Shown here: piece after piece, positions 18,786-26,765 of the stretch
Numbering within the stretch: the first letter of the stretch is position 1
Layout of the letters: every line of letters begins with the position of its first letter
NCBI GenBank assembly: GCA_016790965.1
Contig: JAEUNZ010000001.1
Span: forward strand, 27,095 to 91,094
Length of the DNA stretch: 64,000 nt
Reading direction: 5' to 3'
Origin: Dechloromonas sp.
GTDB lineage: Bacteria > Pseudomonadota > Gammaproteobacteria > Burkholderiales > Rhodocyclaceae
Made by a program: the position numbers and the translations under genes
Notes under the pieces: model-generated
Database searches by the model: none
What the model was told of the DNA's origin: nothing
Seen by the model: only the letters and a program-made list of their open reading frames with translations

Positions 18786-21034
18786 GGTTTCTCCTTATGC
18801 GTTCCGCTGGCGCGGGGAGCCAGGCCGCCGAGCAAGCGCCCTCGACGCCGCATGGCAGCGGCATCGAGGAGCATCCTGCCCGCCCAGCGAAAGACGTTGA
18901 ACTCCGCGATCAGGCCACGCATCAGGCGCATGCGGTCGCGCTGTTCAGCCTCCGGCATGGTCAGGGCAAGATGAAGGGCGGAAGCACATTGATCGGCGTC
19001 GTAGGGATTTACGATCAGGGCTTCGGGAAGTTCCCGCGCTGCGCCGGTGAATTGGGACAGGATCAGAACCCCGCGTTCGTCGTCGCGAGCAGCGACGAAC
19101 TCTTTCGCCACCAGATTCATCCCGTCATGCAGGCTACTGACGAAGCAGAGTTCGGAAGCGCGATAGTAGGCGTACACGTCCGCCGGCTCATGATGTTCGA
19201 CCTTGAGGATGATCGGTGGCGGCCCTTGCCGCTCGAAGCGGCCGTTGATGCGGGTGGCCAACGCCCGCACCTGCGATTCGTGGTGCTGGTATTCGTCGAT
19301 GCCGGACCGCGACGGCGCGGCAACCTGGATGAAACTGAAGCGGCCGATCCACTCCGGATGCAGATCGAGCAAGCGTTCAATGGCGCGAAAGCGTTCCAGG
19401 ATTCCTTTGGTGTAGTCCAGTCTATCCACGCCGATACCGAGTCGGTGCCCGACGGGGAGATCGTTGCTGTGCCGCGAACGGGCGCGGCACTCGAGGAGAG
19501 GGATTCCGACCACCTCAGCCGCCGGGGGCCAGTCTATGGAGATGGGATAGGGGTGCACCGCCGTCAGGAATCCACCCAGCGAAACGGTGAAGGACGCACG
19601 ATCGACCCGAGCTTCGAGGAGACGGTCCACGGTATCGACGAAGTTGTTGCAGTGGAACTGCGTATGGAAGCCCAGAATGCTGCTGCCGAGCAGGCCGGTG
19701 ACGATCTCCTCTCGCCAAGGGCAGATGGCGAACGACTCCGGATTAGGCCAAGGAATATGCCAGAACGTGATGATCGTGGCGTTGGGCAGACGCTGCCGCA
19801 CCATGCGCGGAAGAAGCGCGAAGTGGTAATCCTGGATGAGGATGATGGGATTGGTCGTTTTGGCTTCGGCAACCACGGCGTCGGCGAATTTCTGATTCAC
19901 GATCTGGTACTGGGCCCAGTCGGATGAACGGAAAGTGGGTCGCACGTGCGCGATATGGCACAGGGGCCAGAGGCCTTCGTTGGAGAATCCGTAGTAGTAG
20001 CCCTCCTCTTCTTTCGGGGTCAGCCACAGCCGGCGGATCTGATAAGCGGGCTTTTCCGGCGGTACGCTGACGCGGTCGAATTTGTCGACCACTTCCCTGT
20101 CGGCGGAGCCGCTTCCGTGGGCGATCCAGGTGCCCGAACAGGCGCGCATGATGGGCTCGAGGGCGGTCACCAGGCCGCTCGCGGGACGCTGCACTTCGAC
20201 GCGGTCTCCGCGGTGCTGGTGAATGTAGGGTTCCCGATTGGAGACGACGATGACATCCTCGCCGCTCAATTCGTTGCGCAGGATCGCGCGCAGTGCGTCG
20301 GCGGTCCAGCTGATCCGTCCCTCGTCTCGCGCCCGCGTTTCGAGCTCCAGATCCCGGATCAGGCGCTGGAGATCGCTCGCGATGGGACGAAATTCGGGGG
20401 GCGGTGCCGGCGCGTCGCCAGTCGGCTGCCGAATCAGTCCTTCGCCACGGAGCAGGGATTGGATTCCGGCCACCCAGCCCCTCCAGGACAACTGTGCGAT
20501 GACGACGGTAATGAGAGAGATGAGTGCAGTCAGGGCAAGGAAGAAATAGAACACGTAGCGATTGGTTTCTTCGCTGCGTCGGGCGATGAAGCTCAAATCG
20601 TGAATGAGGATCAACCTGCCGTCAGGCGCCAACTCCGTGCTCATCGCCTTGATCGAAATGTGGAGCGGACCGAGGGGACTCTGGAGCAGTCTCGGCCCGG
20701 GTTGACTCCACTCCGACAACTCGCTGCAGCGCAAATCGCCGGGGAGGGTCTTGCTGCCGGTAATCTCGCCATCTGCGGTGGCGCAATAGCCGATTGCGTA
20801 GAGGCGCTCATCCTGCGAAATGCGATTGAAGAATTCGCCGACCTTGCCCTTGCGGCCTGCGGAAAGCCGCTCTTCCAGCGGATCGTGCACGGCATTGGCG
20901 ATCAGGGTCGCGCGAATGTCGAGGTCGCGCATGAACCAGCTCAATGTGAAATGATCGATGAGATGGCTGGTGCCGTAGGCGACCAGCGCCAAGGTGACCA
21001 ATAAGGGAAGGACGAATCGGAGAGAGAGCCTCAA
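18782..21034 (-). CDS. otsA: Trehalose-6-phosphate synthase with ~265-aa N-terminal membrane/periplasmic extension
   Basis: The C-terminal ~480 aa are a GT20 OtsA core (VVSNREPY.., FWHIPWP.., LHDGMNLVAKEF.., NPYD). The N-terminus has a TM helix, a ~140-aa soluble segment and a second TM helix (YVFYFFLALTALISLITVVIAQL). Confidence 0.88.
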   Translation of the reverse strand: MRLSLRFVLPLLVTLALVAYGTSHLIDHFTLSWFMRDLDIRATLIANAVHDPLEERLSAGRKGKVGEFFNRISQDERLYAIGYCATADGEITGSKTLPGDLRCSELSEWSQPGPRLLQSPLGPLHISIKAMSTELAPDGRLILIHDLSFIARRSEETNRYVFYFFLALTALISLITVVIAQLSWRGWVAGIQSLLRGEGLIRQPTGDAPAPPPEFRPIASDLQRLIRDLELETRARDEGRISWTADALRAILRNELSGEDVIVVSNREPYIHQHRGDRVEVQRPASGLVTALEPIMRACSGTWIAHGSGSADREVVDKFDRVSVPPEKPAYQIRRLWLTPKEEEGYYYGFSNEGLWPLCHIAHVRPTFRSSDWAQYQIVNQKFADAVVAEAKTTNPIILIQDYHFALLPRMVRQRLPNATIITFWHIPWPNPESFAICPWREEIVTGLLGSSILGFHTQFHCNNFVDTVDRLLEARVDRASFTVSLGGFLTAVHPYPISIDWPPAAEVVGIPLLECRARSRHSNDLPVGHRLGIGVDRLDYTKGILERFRAIERLLDLHPEWIGRFSFIQVAAPSRSGIDEYQHHESQVRALATRINGRFERQGPPPIILKVEHHEPADVYAYYRASELCFVSSLHDGMNLVAKEFVAARDDERGVLILSQFTGAARELPEALIVNPYDADQCASALHLALTMPEAEQRDRMRLMRGLIAEFNVFRWAGRMLLDAAAMRRRGRLLGGLAPRASGTHKEKP

Positions 21035-21085
21035 GGTAAATTCTCTCGGCCGGGGATTAAGGCGAATTGCATCGGGTAAGCCCTT

Positions 21086-21664
21086 TCACCTTTCGTAGAC
21101 CACGTCCACGCGGCGCATTTGGCGACGGCATGTCGTCTTGCAGTCGCGCGGAGCTTTTTCGTTGCCCATGGAGCTGAGTCGCAATTGCCGTCGTGGGATA
21201 CCCATGGATTTGAGCGCCTCTACGACGACGTTCAGCCGCTGTTGGGCGATGGCGACGTTCAGGGAACGGCTTCCCAGATAGTCCGTATGGGCCACTAGGG
21301 TAACGGACTGCTTCGAGTCCGCTTTGAGCCGCTCGGCGTGCTTGCGCAGGGCTCTGAGGGCGACCGTATCGAGCACCGAACTCCCGAGATCGAAGTAGAT
21401 GCTTTCTTCGTCCGCGACCGCAGTCGTCCTGCTCGTTTCGGCAGCGACGACTTCCTGCCGCGGAGTCACAATTTCCGGATCGCTCTCCTCATTCGCCCCG
21501 TGGACTGCGGTGGGAACGTCGGCCGCCGCCGGAGTTGCCTGGGAACCAGTGTGCAGTTCCTTGCGCGCAGTCCCGCAGCCACCGAGCGTGAGCGTCGAGA
21601 CGAGGAGCAAGCTGGCGGTCAGGCGAAGGCGCAAAGGCGGATATTGATCGGTGGTGATGAGCAT
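21086..21664 (-). CDS. OmpA-family lipoprotein (peptidoglycan-binding)
   Basis: Start taken at the internal ATG (MLITTDQ..) because a lipobox LTLGGC follows. C-terminal OmpA_C domain (..YFDLGSSVL.., VTLVAHTDYLGS.. NVAIAQQR). Confidence 0.75.
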   Translation of the reverse strand: MLITTDQYPPLRLRLTASLLLVSTLTLGGCGTARKELHTGSQATPAAADVPTAVHGANEESDPEIVTPRQEVVAAETSRTTAVADEESIYFDLGSSVLDTVALRALRKHAERLKADSKQSVTLVAHTDYLGSRSLNVAIAQQRLNVVVEALKSMGIPRRQLRLSSMGNEKAPRDCKTTCRRQMRRVDVVYER

Positions 21665-21767
21665 TTCATCGAGCGAACTATTTCTCGGTAGCAGGGAACC
21701 AGCCTGGCCTGCGCCCGCCGATATCCTCGACGCGGGAATAACCGATGACGGGCGCGCCGGGAGAGGT

Positions 21768-22106
21768 TCAGCGCTTCGGTGCCGACAATTGCTCGAGGCC
21801 ACGTCGGGTTCGGCGTATCAAAAACGGTCCGGCCAGCAGCACCAGTCCCAGACTTGCGAGCAGAAACTGCTCGCCGTAGACCAGGATCGGGCTGGCGGAA
21901 ACCTCGGCCTGCGGTTCCAGTAGCCAGGCCATCATGGCGATTGCGGAGAGGATGCCCACCAATTCGTGGCCGTCCAGGTCGGTGCCGGAGGCTTTGTCGA
22001 GTTGTTCGCGCCACTGGCTGGCGGGCCATTGCCGCAAGGTGGGAAAAAACTGGAGGGCCAGCCACTGCGTCAAAGTCCAGCGATGGGTCGTGCGATCTTT
22101 TGGCAT
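21768..22106 (-). CDS. Hypothetical small membrane protein
   Basis: Only the last 112 codons of track ORF 21768..23525 lie outside nhaD. ATG at 22106 (MPKDRTTHRW..) and two hydrophobic segments. Confidence 0.4.
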   Translation of the reverse strand: MPKDRTTHRWTLTQWLALQFFPTLRQWPASQWREQLDKASGTDLDGHELVGILSAIAMMAWLLEPQAEVSASPILVYGEQFLLASLGLVLLAGPFLIRRTRRGLEQLSAPKR

Positions 22107-22123
22107 TGGACCGATCCTTTCGT

Positions 22124-23407
22124 TCACGCGGGGGGCACGCTGAGGAGAAGGTAGGCCCCGGCGCCGGCGAAGTAGCCGATGAGGGCCAGCCAGCTGATTT
22201 TGCGCACGTACCAGAAGAAGTGGATCTTTTCGAGGCCCATGGCCGCCACGCCGGCGGCGGAACCGATGATCAGGATCGACCCCCCGGTGCCCGCGCAATA
22301 GGCCAGGAATTGCCAGAGCAGGCTGTCCGCCGGGAAGCGGGCCAAGTCGTACATTCCCATCGATGCCGCGACGAGGGGGACGTTGTCGACGATGGCGCTG
22401 ACGATTCCGATCACGAGGATGATGAGTTCCTGTCGGCCGATCGTCTGGTCGAGCCACCGGGCCAGGGCGCCGAGGATGTGGCTGTGCTCCAGAGTTGCCA
22501 CCGCTAGCAGGATGCCGATGAAGAACACCAGGGAGCTGAGGTCGATCTTGCTCAGGGCGTGAGCCAAGGTGAAGTGGGTCTTGAATTCGTCTTCCTTGTG
22601 CCGGTGGACCAGGTCGCCGACCAGCCAGAGGATGCCCAGGCCGAAAAGGATGCCCATGAAGGGCGGCAGGTGGGTCACCGTCTTGAAGGCGGGCACCGCC
22701 ACCAGAATGCCGATACCGAGGAAGAACATGAGCTTGCGTTCGAACTCCGTGGTTCCCAGGCCGTGGTCCTCGTCGGTACGCCCCGGGCTCACGACTTCGC
22801 GTCCGCGCAGCAGATAGGCGGTGATCGCCAGGGGAATCAGCATGCTCACCAGGGACGGCAGGAGGAGCGAGCGAATGGTGGCGATCGGGGTGATCTGGCC
22901 GCCGATCCACAGCATCGTTGTCGTGACGTCGCCGATAGGAGACCAGGCACCGCCGGAATTCGCCGCGATGACGATGATCCCGGCGAAGAAGAGGCGGTCC
23001 TCCCGGCGCTCCAGAAGCTTGCGCATGAGGGAAATCATGACGATCGTGGTCGTCAGATTGTCCAGAATGGCGCTGAGGAAGAAGGTGACCATGCCGACGA
23101 CCCACATGAGGGTGGAGAGACTCCTCGTGCGGATCTGGCGGGTGATGACCTCGAAGCCGTTGTGGGCGTCGACCACCTCGACGATGGTCATGGCCCCCAT
23201 CAGGAAGAAGACGATCTGCGCGGTACCGGTCAGCGACTCGCCCAGCTGTTCGCTGACCCGATGGGCATCGCCCGTGCCCAGGGCATAGAGGGTCCATAAC
23301 AGACCGGCGCCGATGAGTGCGGAGGCAGACTTGTTGATCCCGAGCGGGTGCTCGAGGGCAATGGCAGTGTAGGCAAGCAGGAAGACGACGATGAGGGTGG
23401 AAAGCAT
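22124..23407 (-). CDS. nhaD: Na+/H+ antiporter, NhaD family
   Basis: 427 aa, ~12 TM. Sequence resembles the NhaD/arsenite-permease-superfamily antiporters (..LEHPLGINKSASALIGAGLLW.., ..AILDNLTTT.., ..AIVDNVPLV..). Confidence 0.85.
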   Translation of the reverse strand: MLSTLIVVFLLAYTAIALEHPLGINKSASALIGAGLLWTLYALGTGDAHRVSEQLGESLTGTAQIVFFLMGAMTIVEVVDAHNGFEVITRQIRTRSLSTLMWVVGMVTFFLSAILDNLTTTIVMISLMRKLLERREDRLFFAGIIVIAANSGGAWSPIGDVTTTMLWIGGQITPIATIRSLLLPSLVSMLIPLAITAYLLRGREVVSPGRTDEDHGLGTTEFERKLMFFLGIGILVAVPAFKTVTHLPPFMGILFGLGILWLVGDLVHRHKEDEFKTHFTLAHALSKIDLSSLVFFIGILLAVATLEHSHILGALARWLDQTIGRQELIILVIGIVSAIVDNVPLVAASMGMYDLARFPADSLLWQFLAYCAGTGGSILIIGSAAGVAAMGLEKIHFFWYVRKISWLALIGYFAGAGAYLLLSVPPA

Positions 23408-23557
23408 CGGGCGGGTCGGAGCGGATCGGAGTGGTGGCGCGGTCCGGACTTCTGGAGGACCGCGACCGTTCCTTCGGAGGGGGTCGCATGCCGCTTTCGG
23501 CGACTGGCGCTCCGGCTGGCGGCACTACCTTAGCCTAGTGCGTCTTGAATAAAAAGT

Positions 23558-23581
23558 CGAATAATATTGTGCGATTATTCG
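23558..23581. promoter_or_regulatory. Candidate LysR-type operator in the nhaD/LysR divergent region
   Basis: Perfect inverted repeat CGAATAAT-N8-ATTATTCG in the AT-rich 200-bp divergent intergenic region. It has the T-N11-A architecture typical of LysR boxes. Confidence 0.35.
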
Positions 23582-23607
23582 GGTTATACGAATCATGAAA
23601 GTCGGCG

Positions 23608-24510
23608 ATGAACCATAAGCATCTGTTCTACTTCTGGAAGGTGGCCAAGTTGGGAAGCGTCCGCAAGGCCGCTGCCGCGATCAATATGACGCCGCAGACC
23701 TTGAGCGGCCAGATCGGCCTCCTGGAAGAGAGCCTGGGGACGGAACTTTTTGCCCGGCGGGGAAGATCCATCGTCCTCACTGATGCCGGAAAGCTCGCCC
23801 TGGAATATGCGAACGAGCTCTTTGCCCTGAGCGCGGAGCTGGAAGTGGCGATCAAACACCTTCCCCGGGGGCGGCCGGCCCAGTTCCAGGTGGGCGTCTC
23901 CGATGCCGTGCCCAAGTCCCTGGCATGCACACTGTTGCAGCCGGCGATTCTGGGCGAGCAAAGCACGCGCATCGTCTGTCGCGAATGGCGCTTGGACCGA
24001 CTCCTTGCTCAACTGGCAGTGCACGAGATCGATCTCGTGCTGGCCGACGGCCCGGTTCCCCCCAATACCGGCGTTCGAGCCTACAACCACCGCTTGCTCG
24101 AGTCGGGGATCAGCTTCCTGGCCTCGCCCAGCATCGCGCAGCAACAGGAAGGAGCCTTTCCCGGCTCCTTGGGAACCTTGCCGCTGCTCCTGCCCGGAGA
24201 GGATGCGCATGTGCGCTCCGCCCTCAACGCCTGGCTGGAGAAAAAGCGGCTTCGGGCGCGCATCGTCGGCGAATTCGACGACAGCGCGCTCATGGGCGCC
24301 TTCGGCCGCCAGGGGATCGGTGCCTTTCCCGTTCCCACGGTGGCCGAGCGCGAGTTTCTCGATACGGGCGACCTGGTCGTTCTCGGCCGTACACAGGAGG
24401 TTCAGGTCAGTTTTTACGCCATTTCCGTCGAGCGCCGCCTGACCCATCCCTGCGTGGTGGCCATCACGCGTTCGGCGCAGCAGATCGGCACGCCACCGGC
24501 CCCCGCTTGA
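23608..24510 (+). CDS. LysR-family transcriptional regulator (NhaR-like)
   Basis: N-terminal wHTH MNHKHLFYFWKVAKLGSVRKAAAAINMTPQTLSGQI (the NhaR-type 'LFYFW' start) plus a LysR substrate-binding domain. Divergent from nhaD. Confidence 0.85.
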   Translation: MNHKHLFYFWKVAKLGSVRKAAAAINMTPQTLSGQIGLLEESLGTELFARRGRSIVLTDAGKLALEYANELFALSAELEVAIKHLPRGRPAQFQVGVSDAVPKSLACTLLQPAILGEQSTRIVCREWRLDRLLAQLAVHEIDLVLADGPVPPNTGVRAYNHRLLESGISFLASPSIAQQQEGAFPGSLGTLPLLLPGEDAHVRSALNAWLEKKRLRARIVGEFDDSALMGAFGRQGIGAFPVPTVAEREFLDTGDLVVLGRTQEVQVSFYAISVERRLTHPCVVAITRSAQQIGTPPAPA

Positions 24511-24533
24511 GGGGCCGACAGACCGAGGGCACT

Positions 24534-25325
24534 TCAGTCGGCGCGCCAGGGCAATGGGGGAGCCGCGAGGCGCGATCTGCTTCCGTCGCCGATGGGGCCG
24601 AAGAGGGCTTCGCCGCGTTCCCACTGGCCCTGGGCTTCGGCGATGACGGCCCGGCTGGAGCCGACGAAGTTCCACCACATGTGGACCGGTTCCGCGAAAG
24701 GCTCTCCCCCCAGGAGCAAGACCCGCGTATCCGCGCCCAGCAGGAGGCTCAGGTGGTCCTGGCCGCGTCCGAGATAGGCGAATTCGTCGGTTGCGAAACG
24801 CTCGCCGGCAACTTGCGCCGCGCCGCTGAGCGGAACGAGTCCATATTCGAAATCGGGCTCCAGGGCGAGGGTGAGGGTCGTCGGCACCGTGCTGGCGATG
24901 TCCAGACCGAGCAGGGGCGAATGGACGCGGGGAGGCGCAGCGTGGTCGCCATAGGTTCCGGCCAGCAAGGTCAGGGTGGCGCCCCCCTCCTGCCAGCGGG
25001 GCAATACCGGATGATGGGCGAAATCAGGCGCGCAGTGCTCGTTTTCCGGCGGCAGCGCGATCCAGAGCTGTGCTGCATGCAGGCGTTGACCGTCGACCAG
25101 CGAATCTTCGGTATGTACGATGCCGCGGCCGGCGGTCATCAGATTGACTTCTCCCGGCCGAATGACTTGCTCGTTCCCGAGACTGTCCCGGTGGAGCACC
25201 TCGCCCTCGATCAACCAGGTGAAGGTCTGCAGTCCGATGTGGGGGTGGGGTCCCACGTGCATCCCTCGTCCGGCAGGGAATTCGACAGGGCCGGCGTGGT
25301 CGAGGAAGCACCAGGCGCCGACCAT
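24534..25325 (-). CDS. Pirin-family bicupin protein, N-terminus apparently truncated or replaced
   Basis: Pirin motifs RMVGAWCFLDHAGP, HPHIGLQTFTWLIEGE, HRDSLG, MTAGRGIVHTE. Pirin-like sequence only begins at ..LLPSRQQRMVG. The start is uncertain (ATG 25325, TTG 25349, or in-frame ATG 25475 across foreign sequence). Confidence 0.7.
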   Translation of the reverse strand: MVGAWCFLDHAGPVEFPAGRGMHVGPHPHIGLQTFTWLIEGEVLHRDSLGNEQVIRPGEVNLMTAGRGIVHTEDSLVDGQRLHAAQLWIALPPENEHCAPDFAHHPVLPRWQEGGATLTLLAGTYGDHAAPPRVHSPLLGLDIASTVPTTLTLALEPDFEYGLVPLSGAAQVAGERFATDEFAYLGRGQDHLSLLLGADTRVLLLGGEPFAEPVHMWWNFVGSSRAVIAEAQGQWERGEALFGPIGDGSRSRLAAPPLPWRAD

Positions 25326-25346
25326 GCGCTGCTGACGGCTGGGCAG

Positions 25347-25599
25347 CAAGCCTTGGAAAATCCGGATAGTTCGATCACTTTCCCGAAGATGCGCCGAGCA
25401 GAAACACCGGAAAGTAGAGTTTGACGAACCCGACCATCTTGTCAATGAAGAGGCCGGTGAACATGGGAGCGACAAGGGATGGGTCGGTCAGCAGAACGGC
25501 GCCGAGCGCAGCGACCGGTGCGAACATGATGACGCTGTAGCCGCGATAGGCGACAAACATCAAGAAGCAGAGTGCGGACAGGACGATGAGAAAGTCCAT
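25347..25599 (-). pseudogene. GntP-family permease 5' fragment (frameshifted and truncated)
   Basis: 74-aa ORF MDFLIVLSALCFLMFVAYRGYSVIMFAPVAALGAVLL..KMVGFVKLYFPVFLLGASSGK* looks like the first two TM helices of a GntP-type permease. Restoring one base after ..GGCGC gives ..GAIFGKVIELSGFSK, then the similarity stops at about 25347. The family call is from memory of the motif, not a search. Confidence 0.5.
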
Positions 25600-25638
25600 G
25601 GGTTTCCTCCGGGTGTGGTTGTTGAGTGCCGATCCCTT

Positions 25639-25654
25639 TGCAACAGCCGTGCCG
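25639..25654 (-). promoter_or_regulatory. Predicted sigma-54 (-24/-12) promoter upstream of the permease fragment
   Basis: The minus strand reads cGGCACGgctgTTGCAa, matching GGCACG-N4-TTGCA. It lies ~40 nt upstream of the ATG at 25599, which has a GGAGGAAAC RBS. Confidence 0.5.
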
Positions 25655-25922
25655 GATTTATAAGCGATTGAATATTGGGTATTTATACCGGATTAGTCGG
25701 CGTCGCGACGCATTTTCGTGTCCGCCGTCACGACGATCTGTCCGGCAGGGCAGACAGTGGCGGCGCCGCAGTGAGCGACCCCTCCACGCTATGGAGGTTG
25801 GGGGTCGTCACCAGGGGGGCGCGAGAACTGCGCGCGTGACGCGAGCGGAAAGACTCTGCAGCGCCTGCCCTTCATCCATCGTTTTATCCCCTGCCGCGTC
25901 CCCTGGCGCGGGCCGCAATCCC

Positions 25923-26765
25923 TTATGGACAGCGCTTACCCGAACTGCGCTCGCAACCGACCTGGTCCAACCTGGCGCGGAGGGCCGGTCCGTAAGCGTC
26001 GGCCAGGTGAACGTCGTCGTGACCGGCCTCTGGGATCAGGACTAGTTCCGCCTTGGGAACCCGGGCCTGGATCAGCCGGCTATGAGCCGAGGGGATGAAG
26101 GTGTCGGCTTCGCCGTGGATGAGGAGCAGAGGACCCTGGATGGCCGTGGCGGCAGTACAGGTGTCCAGGGGGTAGCGGACGATGAATCCCGGCAGGTAGG
26201 GGTAGACGGTCTTGGTGAGTTCTTTGAGGCTGCAATAGGGAGAGACGAGAACGGTCAGGGCCGGCTGGACTTCCGCCGCCAGGATGGCCGCCGGACCGCT
26301 GCCCAGGGAGCGCCCGTGGATCACCTTGGGGGCGCCGGGGTAGCGGGCTTCCAGGGCCGTCCAGGCGGCCCGCACGTCGGCCAGGAGCTGGGCTTCGCTG
26401 CTGACGCTGCCGCTGCTCTTGCCGTAGCCCCGGTAGTCGATCATGAAGAGGTCCAGATTCGCCTGGCGGTAGAGATCGTGGTTGGAGAACCAGCTGTCCA
26501 GGTTGCCGCCGTTGCCGTGCAGGAAGAACACCACCCCCCGGGGATGGGGCAGCCGCAGGTTGAGGGCCGAGAGACTGCCGCCGGGAACCGGGATGCTGAC
26601 TTCCTCGACATCCTTGGGCAACCGGAAATCGTGCTGGGAGGGCAGCGGCTCGCCGCGGAAGATGAGGCTTTCCTGGGTCCACCAGATCCAGGCGACGAGG
26701 CCGACGTAGGCAAGGGCCAGAAGGAAGATCCCTCGCCCCGCCAGGCTGAGCAGGCTAGCCCTCAC
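25923..26765 (-). CDS. Alpha/beta-fold hydrolase (membrane-anchored)
   Basis: N-terminal TM helix, HG oxyanion motif (FFLHGNGGN), nucleophile elbow GRSLGSG, and C-terminal ..HGEADTFIP.. / ..GHDD.. for the acid/His. The GTG start overlaps the ycgB stop by 11 nt. Confidence 0.8.
   Translation of the reverse strand: MRASLLSLAGRGIFLLALAYVGLVAWIWWTQESLIFRGEPLPSQHDFRLPKDVEEVSIPVPGGSLSALNLRLPHPRGVVFFLHGNGGNLDSWFSNHDLYRQANLDLFMIDYRGYGKSSGSVSSEAQLLADVRAAWTALEARYPGAPKVIHGRSLGSGPAAILAAEVQPALTVLVSPYCSLKELTKTVYPYLPGFIVRYPLDTCTAATAIQGPLLLIHGEADTFIPSAHSRLIQARVPKAELVLIPEAGHDDVHLADAYGPALRARLDQVGCERSSGKRCP

Noticed and set aside
21768-23525. 585-aa ORF read as one protein
   Set aside because: Most of it overlaps nhaD in another frame and is P/R/G/H-rich. 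Only the last 112 codons, downstream of nhaD, are kept as a low-confidence small membrane protein.
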